A program made the translations under genes and the position numbers. A model generated the notes under the pieces. The model did no database searches, was not told where the DNA came from, and saw only the letters and a list, made by a program, of their open reading frames with translations. From Flectonema sp. DT1601 (Eukaryota), in assembly GCA_964019425.1 (NCBI GenBank), contig OZ025804.1, forward strand, positions 1,116,001 through 1,180,000: a DNA stretch of 64,000 nt, given 5' to 3'. Positions 24,467 to 36,371 of the stretch are shown piece by piece (within the stretch, counting starts at the first letter, position 1; each line of letters begins with the position of its first letter).

Positions 24467-24839
24467 ACCATGATCGAAAATGAAATTGCTTTTATTCAAG
24501 AAAGCTGTGAAGCTAAAATGCCCTTCCTCTCTCGAGTGATATACCCGTCTCTACAATAGAGCTACTCAATGGGGGTGTTGTACTTCACATTAACTTTCGC
24601 ACGCCGGCTTCGTTTTTTTCTCTTCACACAATTAGTTCCTTTGTACAAAACCGAAGAGCAACGGTTTCCATGTAATCGGATATCTAAATCATAAGTCTTG
24701 GGATTGTAAAAGAAGACAAAATAGTTGAAAAAGAATTCCCACATTGAACCACACCTCTCACATCAGTAGCAACTAAGAAAAACATCTCAAAAACAATCGG
24801 CAAACTTCACTTCTTTACTTACTCACTCACACTTTTATT

Positions 24840-25142
24840 TTGTTTGTGCGCAACCGGATTCACGAAGAAACCCCAAGATTCTTCAAAAGAAGCCAACAAG
24901 ACAACTCCCCAACCAGAACCACTAGCATCAGTGGCGATTCTTATCACCTTGCGTTCTGGATCGATCACCCATGTCGCCCATTTGTTTTTGAAGAGCGCAG
25001 AGAACTGCACTTCAATGTACTTCGCGATCGGTTCAACAGATGTCAATTCAGTCCACGGACGTCCCAGGGCTGCAGTACGTGACATCCAAGCAAGAATGGG
25101 GCGTAGAATGAGACGATCGGCAGGGTGGAGGTGTTCATGATT
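24840..25142 (-). mobile_element. DIRS/YR-retrotransposon-type RNase H relic
   Basis: IATDASGSGWGVV matches the TDAS..GWG start of DIRS-type RNase H; truncated on both sides. Confidence 0.6.
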
Positions 25143-25350
25143 TTTCACTTTGCTACACGAAAATTCACAATTTTTTCACAATTTTTCACACTTTTTCACA
25201 CTTTTTCATACTTTTTCACACTTTTTCACACTTTTTCACACTTTTTCACACTTTTTCACACTTTTTCACAATTTTTCACTTAATTTTTTGCTGCTTTCTG
25301 GTAGTGAAATCCCGTGAAAATGTGTGAAAATGTGTGAATTCTAGTGAAAA
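25142..25350. repeat. Decamer (TTTTTCACAC)n tract followed by inverted GTGAAAA copies
   Basis: About 11 tandem 10-mers at 25170-25280, then gtgaaaatgtgtgaaaatgtgtgaa at ~25314-25338. Confidence 0.85.
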
Positions 25351-27617
25351 AAAGTGAGTGATATCCAGATGGTACCGTTGGTGCTGGTGTGCTGTGCGAT
25401 GTCAAACCTGTTCAGTTTGCCATACATGTCTCTTTGACAACTAAATGGGCATCGCTTGTGCCCAGTGACATCACCCTTCCTGACCATCGCTTGTGGTGAG
25501 GTTCCGGACTTTGGACCGGCGCATCGCGTGTGCGGTGGGTTTAATCACTGAGGGGCTCATTCTCGTTCAGACTGTTCTGTTCTGTTCTGTTCTGTGGTGT
25601 CTTTCCATTACTCCTCCCATCTCTGCCAGGAGACAGCCTGACAACCCATATTGATATTGCTTGAGAGACAATGAGAGGTAATTCATTGGGGTAGAAATGG
25701 CTGTGTGGCCTGTACTCCTTAATATTCCCTTAATCACACCACAGGTACCCTCAGAGAGACCACAATTCATGTGTGTGGGAATTACGACGTCTGCGAGATG
25801 CCCAGGAAACCGAAGATACAGATCGATTTCCCGCACACATAAACAGCAGACCACCGATAGCATGAGCGTTATCCCTTCCTTGACCTCCAGGTCCTTCGCC
25901 TGAATCCCCTTCTTGCGAATTGTTGTAAGGAAGCTGCGGAACCGTAGAAAATTCTCCTCTATACTCTTGAGGGACTCACGTTCGCAAGGCAGGGAACACT
26001 TTTCGTCAGTACTGTGTGTTTTCATCAGTATAAACGAAACAACCGTCAGGGGTGGACTCCTCAGACAATGTGAATGCTGGTTCTGTAAGCCAGATATCGC
26101 GAACAACCCGACCATGATCATTCAGCAAATATGAGATGTCAATTGTGGCTGCCTCTGACATGTCCCGTGCAACCTCTGCCCAAAACTCGAGAAGTTCACT
26201 GAGCGCAGAGGTAATCGTGCAGGTTGACAGAGGTGGCGGTGTCGGATCAGTGATTAAGATTCCCAGCTGCTGGAAGTGGTGCAGCGCACGTCGTAGTGTG
26301 TCACAGAATGATTGAGCTTGAAACGATGTTGCCCCAGGTTATGAGTCAGCAACCTGCACTAAGCAATGTCTCAGAGTGCCGTACCGAGTGTCCGAACGTG
26401 ACAGAACGAATCAGCAGTACGGATACGTCACGCACGACGTCAGCGGCGGCATTCCTGACGGAACGGTCAGTGCTGTAGCATCACGGCTCCGATCGCTATG
26501 TCGATCGACCTTTAATTGTTTTCATCTTGAACGGGACATCACTCTCGCAATGATTTGATTTTCTACAATCATATCGGGTTATTTTCTCTCTTTTTCTTTT
26601 ACTTCTCCCTTCCCGTTTTCCTTTTCCTTTTCCCTTTATTACTCTCTATCTGGTCTGTTATGTCATAAATCTCATTTAATTTTATCAACCTTTTAACTTT
26701 TCACTGTTTCCCATCTACATTTTATTTTCAAATAGTTCCGGTCTGTCTTTGCGGGAAGAAACAGAAGCCTCATCTTCAATTCCATGGAAGTAGCTAGGCC
26801 TGGCCAGCTTACAGGACGAAGACTTCTAAAACCTAAGATGAACCAATTGAGTTGAAACAAACAAATAACAGAGACGCAACACATACCGGAACATCATCAG
26901 GCGCATCTCTTGTCTTAGCCCTAGCATGCTACGTTGGAACATTGTCACCAGCCCGGTGGACCAAGTTGTAATTATTGCCCCTGGTTTACTCATCACTCTT
27001 CCGTGTGACGGCGGTTATTCCCTAATAACCTGTTGTATGCTATACCTAAGTCTTTTACTTTTTTCTTCTTCACACGCTGTCGGTTTCCACCTTCGATGCA
27101 GTCAATCTTGTTCCGCCTTGGTTGTTTTTGGAAGAGCTAAGCTAAGTGGCAAGGTTTCACTAACAGATCGACTTTTTGTCAGCATCTCAGGCTTCTTTTT
27201 GCCGAGGACGTGCGGCTTTCTTTGAGGTCTCACAGTGACACTTTTAAAAGAAATTATCTATTCCGGTGGGTATAAAAAAAAGGGGGGGACTTGGATAAAT
27301 AAATCAAGGTTAACACGCAACAAATTAGACATGAATCATTATAACTGGATTCTGTCCACACAAAATCGCATGCTTTAAATAAACTACCAGAGAAAGAAAT
27401 GCTGTCAAGTCAAATTGACCCGGGGACCACGCACTACAGGTTGAGCATCCCATGCCCTGCAGGTCGTTACAGCTTGAAAACATTAATGCATTAATGGGTA
27501 ACCAATAAAAATTATCTGGGTGGGCAGTTACAGGGGTGAGAAAAAAAGAAAAGATAAATAACATGACAAGAATACGCTGGTTCGTAGCACACTACCAGTA
27601 AAGCCCATCCCATAAAC

Positions 27618-29776
27618 TCAGTTATGGTTGGTTTGACTCAAAAGCAGGAAAGGTTCACAAGTCAACTGATGGATTTGCAAACCTCGAATTCCCGCAAACC
27701 ATGTGCCTGCTTTCGTCGTTCGCATGCCACATCCACAACAAAAGTATATTCCAACGCAATTCAAACAAACATTCCAATCACATGTTAAGCTCTCACCATT
27801 ACAAGGGAGACGACATTCAAATATTTGTCCAAAGAAAAAATTTGAATCACATAAATCACAAAAAACCGGTTTGTTAATGAGAACCATTTCAAGATCGTGA
27901 CCTTGTGGGCAAGTAGTGGTTACACCATTTTGTTCTAACTCGGTATGTACTTTCATTGGTGAGAGCACCTTGCAGGATTTAGAATCTGTTTCATTGACGA
28001 TACTTTTCGATAAGAATCTACTCGTTACGTCCTTTTCGTTTAAAACAAATAAAGGTAATATGATTTCTAAACCTCCTTCACGCAATTTATCAAAGAGTAC
28101 CCCGGCTTCGTCAGGTAAGTTTTCACTCTCCACATCAGTAAAGCCAGAACAGGTAACCAAATTAAACAGGCCATTGAGAACGACCTCAGTATACTCTATA
28201 CACCAATCATTGATTACTGACCAATCGTATGGCCCTAGTATTGGGAAAAAGTGCTCAGATGGAACATTTGCATGGTGCCCGAGTATGATAAACCCCCTGA
28301 CAAGTAAAAAAGTAGACCGTGCGTCGGGAGCGACAAAGTAAGCGGAGTCTTTTTGCTCATAAGGGTCCATACTTAGGAAGAAAAAACTAACACCCAATAC
28401 ATTTGATAAGGCTTGTATGGCTGCATGGTCTGCCCACACACCATCAAAACCCATTCCAAGTGCATATTCGTCGTAATTACCGAGTACAAAGTTTTTATAT
28501 TTATCACTGTTATCTACTAACTCAGCACTGGTAAATTCACGTAGCGTCGCTGCATCAAAGAAGTAAAAAATTTGTTTCGATACTGCTTCAAACAATTACC
28601 AAAACGGTTCACGTCTTCAGGGTAAAGACCAACTTCTTCCATATACCATATCGTGTGGTCAATTGTAAAGTAATCCACTTTTCCTTCTTGAACAATTGGT
28701 TCTTCTGGAATCAACACTACGGCTTTAGGCGGGTAAACAATAAACTGTCTTTCTTTTGGAAAATGGTAAGAGTGAGGGTTGTTCAATTTACCAAAAACAA
28801 CATGAACTAAAGAAAGTAATCTCTTATATGTGGAATCGTAGGCTTTATAAAACTCATCGCAGAATTCACGAAAAGCAAATGCTACGTCTTGTTTCTTAAA
28901 ACCTCTTTTCCACATTCTATAAAGTATAAATTCAAATTCAACAAAAAGATCAGGTAAATTATTACAAATCATTGCAGCTCTAAACATAGCACCTTTAACC
29001 ACTCCTTTCGGTATAGACACGGAGTTGAATTTCCAGGTGAGATTTGGACTGTTAGCTTTTGGCTAAGGCCCTCCCTGAAGAGCAAGAACAAAAAAACTAC
29101 TCACACCTGAAGAAAACATACACAAAGAACACACTGTAAGCTGTGTGTGTATTTTGTGTTTGTCACAACAGGAGAGAAAAGAAAGAATGTCAAGGTTGGT
29201 CACCTTGCCTATCAACGCACAACATTGGTGGTCTCTACTAGACCCTGAGTGATCCCACTGGATCTCTCATCGTTCATAGTACCCTGTGTGAAGTTATAAA
29301 ATCAAAGGTAAACTATGAACTACAAATGACTTAGCCTGTTATTATAATGCCACAGGCAGGCCCTGCATTCAGCAACTATCCAGCAGTGCTTGGATGTCCT
29401 GATCTTCTTCTAAAAAAAAGAAAGAAAAACAAAACTGTAGCTGGGATCACTCAGGATCAACAGACTACCAATGCTACCTGTTGTACTTGCTCACTATGGG
29501 GGGTGATGCCAAACACCCAGAAGTACTAAACTGCTTTCCTTCTTGCTGCCCAGGAGTTTCTGACCAGAACTAATAGAAAATAAAAAGTAGATGGGAAACA
29601 ATAAAAAGTAAAATGGATATAACTGAAGTTAAACAAGACAAATGAAGTAACAGACCAGAACAGAAAGAGGATTGTGGCATAGTTGAATTACTATGAACAT
29701 ATTGCAAAGGGCGAAAAGACCAATCCTTTCGGCTTATAGATAACCTGATAAACTTTCTCTTTTCCTTTGTTTCAAT
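27618..29776 (-). mobile_element. 5'-truncated Penelope-like RT ORF (thumb region) + OTU protease + Zn fingers; frameshifted and interrupted by R1
   Basis: 29776-29676 joined to 29021-28517 reads ISRKDWSFRPLQYVHSNSTMP|VSIPKGVVKGAMFRAAMICNN...F..E...L..RGF (PLE thumb pattern). Then D..R.GNC/LFEAVSKQ...WADHAAIQALSNVL...EHF (OTU), CPQGH..CDLC..C..CDWNVCLNC and a C2HC finger. No GIY-YIG seen. Confidence 0.7.
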
Positions 29777-32119
29777 GAGTTGAATTTCCAGGTGAGATTT
29801 GGACTGTTAGCTTTTGGCTAAGGCCCTCCCTGAAGAGCAAGAACAAAAAAACTACTCACACCTGAAGAAAACATACACAAAGAACACACTGTAAGCTGTG
29901 TGTATATTTTGTGTTTGTCACAACAGGAGAGAAAAGAAAGAATGTCAAGGTTGGTCACCTTGCCTATCAACGCACAACATTGGTGGTCTCTACTAGACCC
30001 TGAGTGATCCCACTGGATCTCTCATCGTTCATAGTACCCTGTGTGAAGTTATAAAATCAAAGGTAAACTATGAACTACAAATGACTTAGCCTGTTATTAT
30101 AATGCCACAGGCAGGCCCTGCATTCAGCAACTATCCAGCAGTGCTTGGATGTCCTGATCTTCTTCTAAAAAAAAGAAAGAAAAACAAAACTGTAGCTGGG
30201 ATCACTCAGGATCAACAGACTACCTATGCTACCTGTTGTACTTGCTCACTATGGGGGGTGATGCCAAACACCCAGAAGTACTAAACTGCTTTCCTTCTTG
30301 CTGCCCAGGAGTTTCTGACCAGAACTAATAGAAAATAAAAAGTAGATGGGAAACAATAAAAAGTAAAATGGATATAACTGAAGTTAAACAAGACAAATGA
30401 AGTAACAGACCAGAACAGAAAGAGAATTGTAATAGAAGATTACAAATAAAAAAATGCAAGTATCAACACATGATCAAGATACACCAGCAGCTAACAAACA
30501 ACATAAAATTGAAGATCAGTTGCCAGAGTATTTCAACCATGGTAGAATACTCGCCCCTCTGGCAGGGATTATCCCAGACTTGTCCTTTAATTTAGTTGGA
30601 CACCATGGCTTACAACCCTTCCAGAGGGAAGCACCATTATGACTTCTATTTTTTTCTTCAAGAAAATCATAAGGTGGTAACAAAGAAAAATGCTAAGAGG
30701 AACCCCTTATTAACACCTAAGACATCTAAACTGCAGCCCAGCTTATGCCCAATGCACTAACAGGTCATTCCCTCACACTCAGATCAAAAAATCAAAGTTC
30801 AGAGTGCATCTTAGCATGAATGAGAGAATTTCCTCCCGCTTTTTTTGAACAAAAGGGATAGGAGAAGGGATAGAAAACGAACATAACAATAAGATTCTAA
30901 GTGAGAAACACTTAGCAGAAACACTTAGCAGCTTTTAAGGAGCTGAAAAGCAAAAAAAATATCTAAGTGAGAAACACTTAGTAGAAACAATTTGTAGCTA
31001 ATTAAGCTGAAAATAAAAAAATAAAAAAAATTTCTAAGTGAGAAATACTTAGCAACTTTTAGAACAAATATTCCAGTAAATAACCTGTAATGATTAAACC
31101 ATTACAAGTTTGATGCCAAAACTGACAAAGACTGAGTTGAATTTCCAGGTGAGATTTGGACTGTTAGCTTTTGGCTAAGGCCCTCCCTGAAGAGCAAGAA
31201 CAAAAGAACTACTCACACCTGAAGAAAACATACACAAAGAACACACTGTAAGCTGTGCGTGTATTTTGTGTTTGTCACAACAGGAGAGAAAAGAAAGAAT
31301 GTCAAGGTTGATCACCTTGCCTATCAACGCACAACATTGGTGGTCTCTACTAGACCCTGAGTGATCCCACTGGATCTCTCATCGTTCATAGTACCTATGT
31401 GAAGTTATAAAATCAAAGGTAAACTATGAACTACAAATGACTTAGCCTGTTATTATAATGCCACAGGCAGGCCCTGCATTCAGCAACTATCCAGCAGTGC
31501 TTGGATGTCCTGATCTTCTTCTAAAAAAAAGAAAGAAAAACAAAACTGTAGCTGGGATCACTCAGGATCAACAGACTACCAATGCTACCTGTTGTACTTG
31601 CTCACTATGGGGGGTGATGCCAAACACCCAGAAGTACTAAACTGCTTTCCTTCTTGCTGCCCAGGAGTTTCTGACCAGAACTAATAGAAAATAAAAAGTA
31701 GATGGGAAACAATAAAAAGTAAAATGGATATAACTGAAGTTAAACAAGACAAATGAAGTAACAGACCAGAACAGAAAGAGAATTGTAATAGAAGATTACA
31801 AATAAAAAAATGCAAGTATCAACACATGATCAAGATACACCAGCAGCTAACAAACAACATAAAATTGAAGATCAGTTGCCAGAGTATTTCAACCATGGTA
31901 GAATACTCGCCCCTCTGGCAGGGATTATCCCAGACTTGTCCTTTAATTTAGTTGGACACCATGGCTTACAACCCTTCCAGAGGGAAGCACCATTATGACT
32001 TCTATTTTTTTCTTCAAGAAAATCATAAGGTGGTAACAAAGAAAAATGCTAAGAGGAACCCCTTATTAACACCTAAGACATCTAAACTGCAGCCCAGCTT
32101 ATGCCCAATGCACTAACAG

Positions 32120-32566
32120 AAATACTACCGAAATGCTTGTCACAATGGCTCTTGCCGTGCCTTCCGGGAAAGAAGTTAACACTTTTGACATTCGGGTGTG
32201 CCAGAAGCTCGCTTATGACTGTGGCATTCCGAAAGTGTGTGCCACTGTCACACCAGATGTGGATTGGTTTCATGTTCTTCCTGATTAAAGGCATCTCCCA
32301 CAGCTTGCGAAGACATAAATAAGTCACAGCCGCATCTTGATTTGTGTGTGGCAAGAGAAGGTCAATGTACTGTTGTCGAGTTTCATCGTGCAACTTGAAA
32401 TGCATAACTATACCCAGACAACTGTACTTCCCCTGCTGGTAGTAGTGTGATGATGACTCTTGTGGTACCTGTGGCAGGGTACCCTTCTCCTTATAGTCGA
32501 GTGTTATAATTAAGCTATCCCCAGGGTCAGCAGTGTTTTCTGAATAGACTGCATTCTGTCTCTTAA
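32120..32566 (-). mobile_element. Sola-like DDE transposase fragment (catalytic core)
   Basis: LIITLDYKEK ... IHIWCDSGTHFRN ... VNFFPGRHGKSHCDKHFG, matching the D..D..HGK..CD pattern of Sola2/3-type transposases. Confidence 0.7.
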
Positions 32567-34789
32567 ACTGAGTTGAATTTCCAGGTGAGATTTGGACTGT
32601 TAGCTTTTGGCTAAGGCCCTCCCTGAAGAGCAAGAACAAAAAAACTACTCACACCTGAAGAAAACATACACAAAGAACACACTGTAAGCTGTGTGTGTAT
32701 TTTGTGTTTGTCACAACAGGAGAGAAAAGAAAGAATGTCAAGGTTGGTCACCTTGCCTATCAACGCACAACATTGGTGGTCTCTACTAGACCCTGAGTGA
32801 TCCCACTGGATCTCTCATCGTTCATAGTACCCTATGTGAAGTTATAAAATCAAAGGTAAACTATGAACTACAAATGACTTAGCCTGTTATTATAATGCCA
32901 CAGGCAGGCCCTGCATTCAGCAACTATCCAGCAGTGCTTGGATGTCCTGATCTTCTTCTAAAGAAAAGAAAGAAAAACAAAACTGTAGCTGGGATCACTC
33001 AGGATCAACAGACTACCAATGCTACCTGTTGTACTTGCTCACTATGGGGGGTGATGCCAAACACCCAGAAGTACTTAACTACTTTCCTTCTTGCTGCCCA
33101 GGAGTTTCTGACCAGAACTAATAGAAAATAAAAAGTAGATGGGAAACAATAAAAAGTAAAATGGATATAACTGAAGTTAAACAAGACAAATGAAGTAACA
33201 GACCAGAACAGAAAGAGAATTGTAATAGAAGATTACAAATAAAAAAATGCAAGTATCAACACATGATCAGGATACACCAGCAGCTAACAAACAACATAAA
33301 ATTGAAGATCAGTTGCCAGAGTATTTCAACCATGGTAGAATACTCGCCCCTCTGGCAGGGATTATCCCAGACTTGTCCTTTAATTTAGTTGGACACCATG
33401 GCTTACAACCCTTCCAGAGGGAAGCACCATTATGACTTCTATTTTTTTTCTTCAAGAAAATCATAAGGTGGGAACAAAGAAAAATGCTAAGAGGAACCCC
33501 CTATTAACACCTAAGACATCTAAACTGCAGCCCAGCCTATGCCCAATGCACTAACAGGTCATTCCCTCACACTCAGATCAAAAAATCAAAGTTCAGAGTG
33601 CATCTTAGCGTGAATGAGAGAATTTCCTCCCGCTTATTTTGAACAAAAGGGATAGGAGAAGGGATAGAAAACGAACATAAAAATAAAATTCTAAGTGAGA
33701 AACACTTAGCAGAAACACTTAGCAGCTTTTAAGGAGCTGAAAAGCAAAAAAAAAATCTAAGTGAGAAACACTTAGTAGAAACAATTTGTAGCTAATTAAG
33801 CTGAAAATAAAAAAATAAAAAATTTCTAAGTGAAAAATACTTAGCAACTTTTAGAACAAATATTTCAGTAAATAACCTGTAATGATTAAACCATTACAAG
33901 TTTGATGCCAAAACTGACAAGGACTGAGTTGAATTTCCAGGTGAGATTTGGACTGTTAGCTTTTGGCTAAGGCCCTCCCTGAAGAGCAAGAACAAAAAAA
34001 CTACTCACACCTGAAGAAAACATACACAAAGAACACACTGTAAGCTGTGTGTGTATTTTGTGTTTGTCACAACAGGAGAGAAAAGAAAGAATGTCAAGGT
34101 TGGTCACCTTGCCTATCAACGCACAACATTGGTGGTCTCTACTAGACCCTGAGTGATCCCACTGGATCTCTCATCGTTCATAGTACCCTATGTGAAGTTA
34201 TAAAATCAAAGGTAAACTATGAACTACAAATGACTTAGCCTGTTATTATAATGCCACAGGCAGGCCCTGCATTCAGCAACTATCCAGCAGTGCTTGGATG
34301 TCCTGATCTTCTTCTAAAGAAAAGAAAGAAAAACAAAACTGTAGCTGGGATCACTCAGGATCAACAGACTACCAATGCTACCTGTTGTACTTGCTCACTA
34401 TGGGGGGTGATGCCAAACACCCAGAAGTACTTAACTACTTTCCTTCTTGCTGCCCAGGAGTTTCTGACCAGAACTAATAGAAAATAAAAAGTAGATGGGA
34501 AACAATAAAAAGTAAAATGGATATAACTGAAGTTAAACAAGACAAATGAAGTAACAGACCAGAACAGAAAGAGAATTGTAATAGAAGATTACAAATAAAA
34601 AAATGCAAGTATCAACACATGATCAGGATACACCAGCAGCTAACAAACAACATAAAATTGAAGATCAGTTGCCAGAGTATTTCAACCATGGTAGAATACT
34701 CGCCCCTCTGGCAGGGATTATCCCAGACTTGTCCTTTAATTTAGTTGGACACCATGGACACTTCTACATGATAATGAACCTCAACAAGT

Positions 34790-36058
34790 TCGATCGACTA
34801 TGTCGATTACTTTCTATTTTCCGTCCTGGTCAAGACGCTAAACTGATTGTTTTTTTTTTTTCAAAATAAAAAAAATATTAAAAAAAAAAAATAAAAAAAA
34901 AAGAATAAACAATGTTATCATTGTTTTTTTTTATCGTTCGACTTTGTCGACTAATTTCTATTTTCCGTTTTTTTTTTTTCTTTGAAAAATAAATAAAAAG
35001 AATTTAAAATAAAAAAAAAAGAATAAACAATGTTATCATTGTTTTTTTTTATCGATCGACTATGTCGATTACTTTCTATTTTCCGTCCTGGTCAAGACGC
35101 TAAACTGATTGTTTTTTTTTCAAAATTAATAAAAAAGAATATAAAAAAAATAAAAAAAAAAAGAATAAACAATGTTATCATTGTTTTTTTTTATCGTTCG
35201 ACTTTGTTGACTAATTTCTATTTTCCATTTTTTTTCTTTTTAAAAATAAATAAAAAGAATTAAAAAAAAAAAAAAAAAGAATAAACAATGTTATCATTGT
35301 TTTTTTTATCGATCGACTATGTCGATTACTTTCTATTTTCCGTCCTGGTCAAGACGCTAAACTGATTGTTTTTTTTTCAAAATTAATAAAAAAGAATATA
35401 AAAAAAATAAAAAAAAAAAGAATAAACAATGTTATCATTGTTTTTTTTTATCGTTCGACTTTGTTGACTAATTTCTATTTTCCATTTTTTTTCTTTTTAA
35501 AAATTAATAAAAAAGAAAAAAAAAAAAAAAAAAAAAAAGGAATAAACAATGTTATCATTGTTTTTTTTTTATCGATCGACTATGTCGATTACTTACTATT
35601 TTCCGTCCTGATCGAGACGCTAAACTGATTGTTTCCTTTTTTTAAATAATAAATAAGAAAAAAAAAAAAAAAAAAAAGAGCATCTCCCTGCTATCCCTCA
35701 TATCCCCACAATAATATTATACCTTTTCATTTTCTCTTTCCTTTTCTGGTCTTTTTTTTTTTCTTTTTTTTTCCTTTTTCATACAACGTTTTTTATTTAT
35801 ATATTTTTTTTTTTTTTTTTTTTTCATGTTTGATTATTTCCTCTTCATTTTTTTTTTTTTTTTTTCTCTGCCTCTCTCTTAATTCTGTTCGTTTCTTTGA
35901 AACGAAAATTCATTTGAATATTATTCCTTGGTCAGCAACCATCATTGTCGCCCTTTGGGCCTGTTAAAAGAAAATAAAAAATAAAAAGAAAGTTTACATC
36001 GGGAATAGGGCAGGAGCCAAAAGCTCCCAGTCCGTTACTTCCCACTTTATCGAAATTC
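34790..36058 (+). mobile_element. Family ST copy 1: ~110/130-bp satellite array plus ~380-bp unique terminal segment
   Basis: Alternating units with hairpins aaacaatg-ttat-cattgttt, atcgac-tat-gtcgat and cgtc..gacg; fixed right end ...ctttatcgaaattc. Confidence 0.85.
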
Positions 36059-36371
36059 GTTGATAAATGACATAGCACTGGTCGTGCACTGGCAGGTAAG
36101 CCACCCTTACTGGACACCATTAGCTGCAACGTCAGCGCACTGGCACGCGCAGCATTCCAAACAGTTAATGAGTAACCACTCTGTCGCTCAACACTGCTAA
36201 GTAGTTTTGACAGTTTCTTTCTAATTGTCTGTCCACACAGGCAGTACGAGCAGACGTCAGTTCGCCGTGCAAGGTGACGATATTCCTTCCCACGCATACG
36301 ACGGTATGTAGATTCTGATATCAGATCACGAATACTGCTGACTTCATAGATAGATTTAAATGTTCCAAGGA
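36059..36371 (-). mobile_element. Sola-like transposase fragment (RTDVCSYC zinc-binding region); duplicated at 44305-44617
   Basis: ISESTYRRMRGKEYRHLARRTDVCSYC resembles the TD.C..C motif upstream of the Sola DDE; joins neighbouring fragments in frame. Confidence 0.6.

Noticed and set aside
25380..27240. Possible further DIRS gag or Sola C-terminal relics
   Set aside because: Coding-like and GC-richer, but no motif I can name with confidence.
27913..27931. QNGVTT shared between the OTU ORF and the 291-bp repeat frame
   Set aside because: Six residues with no flanking similarity; likely chance.
29022..29040. R as a Sola terminal repeat because it starts with GAG
   Set aside because: No inverted partner and no TTAA or 4-bp TSD; R interrupts the transposase rather than flanking it.
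32567..34760. R copies as spliceable introners
   Set aside because: A GT..AG in-frame option exists at this one junction only; the others lack AG and have arbitrary 5' ends. Non-canonical splicing cannot be excluded without RNA data.
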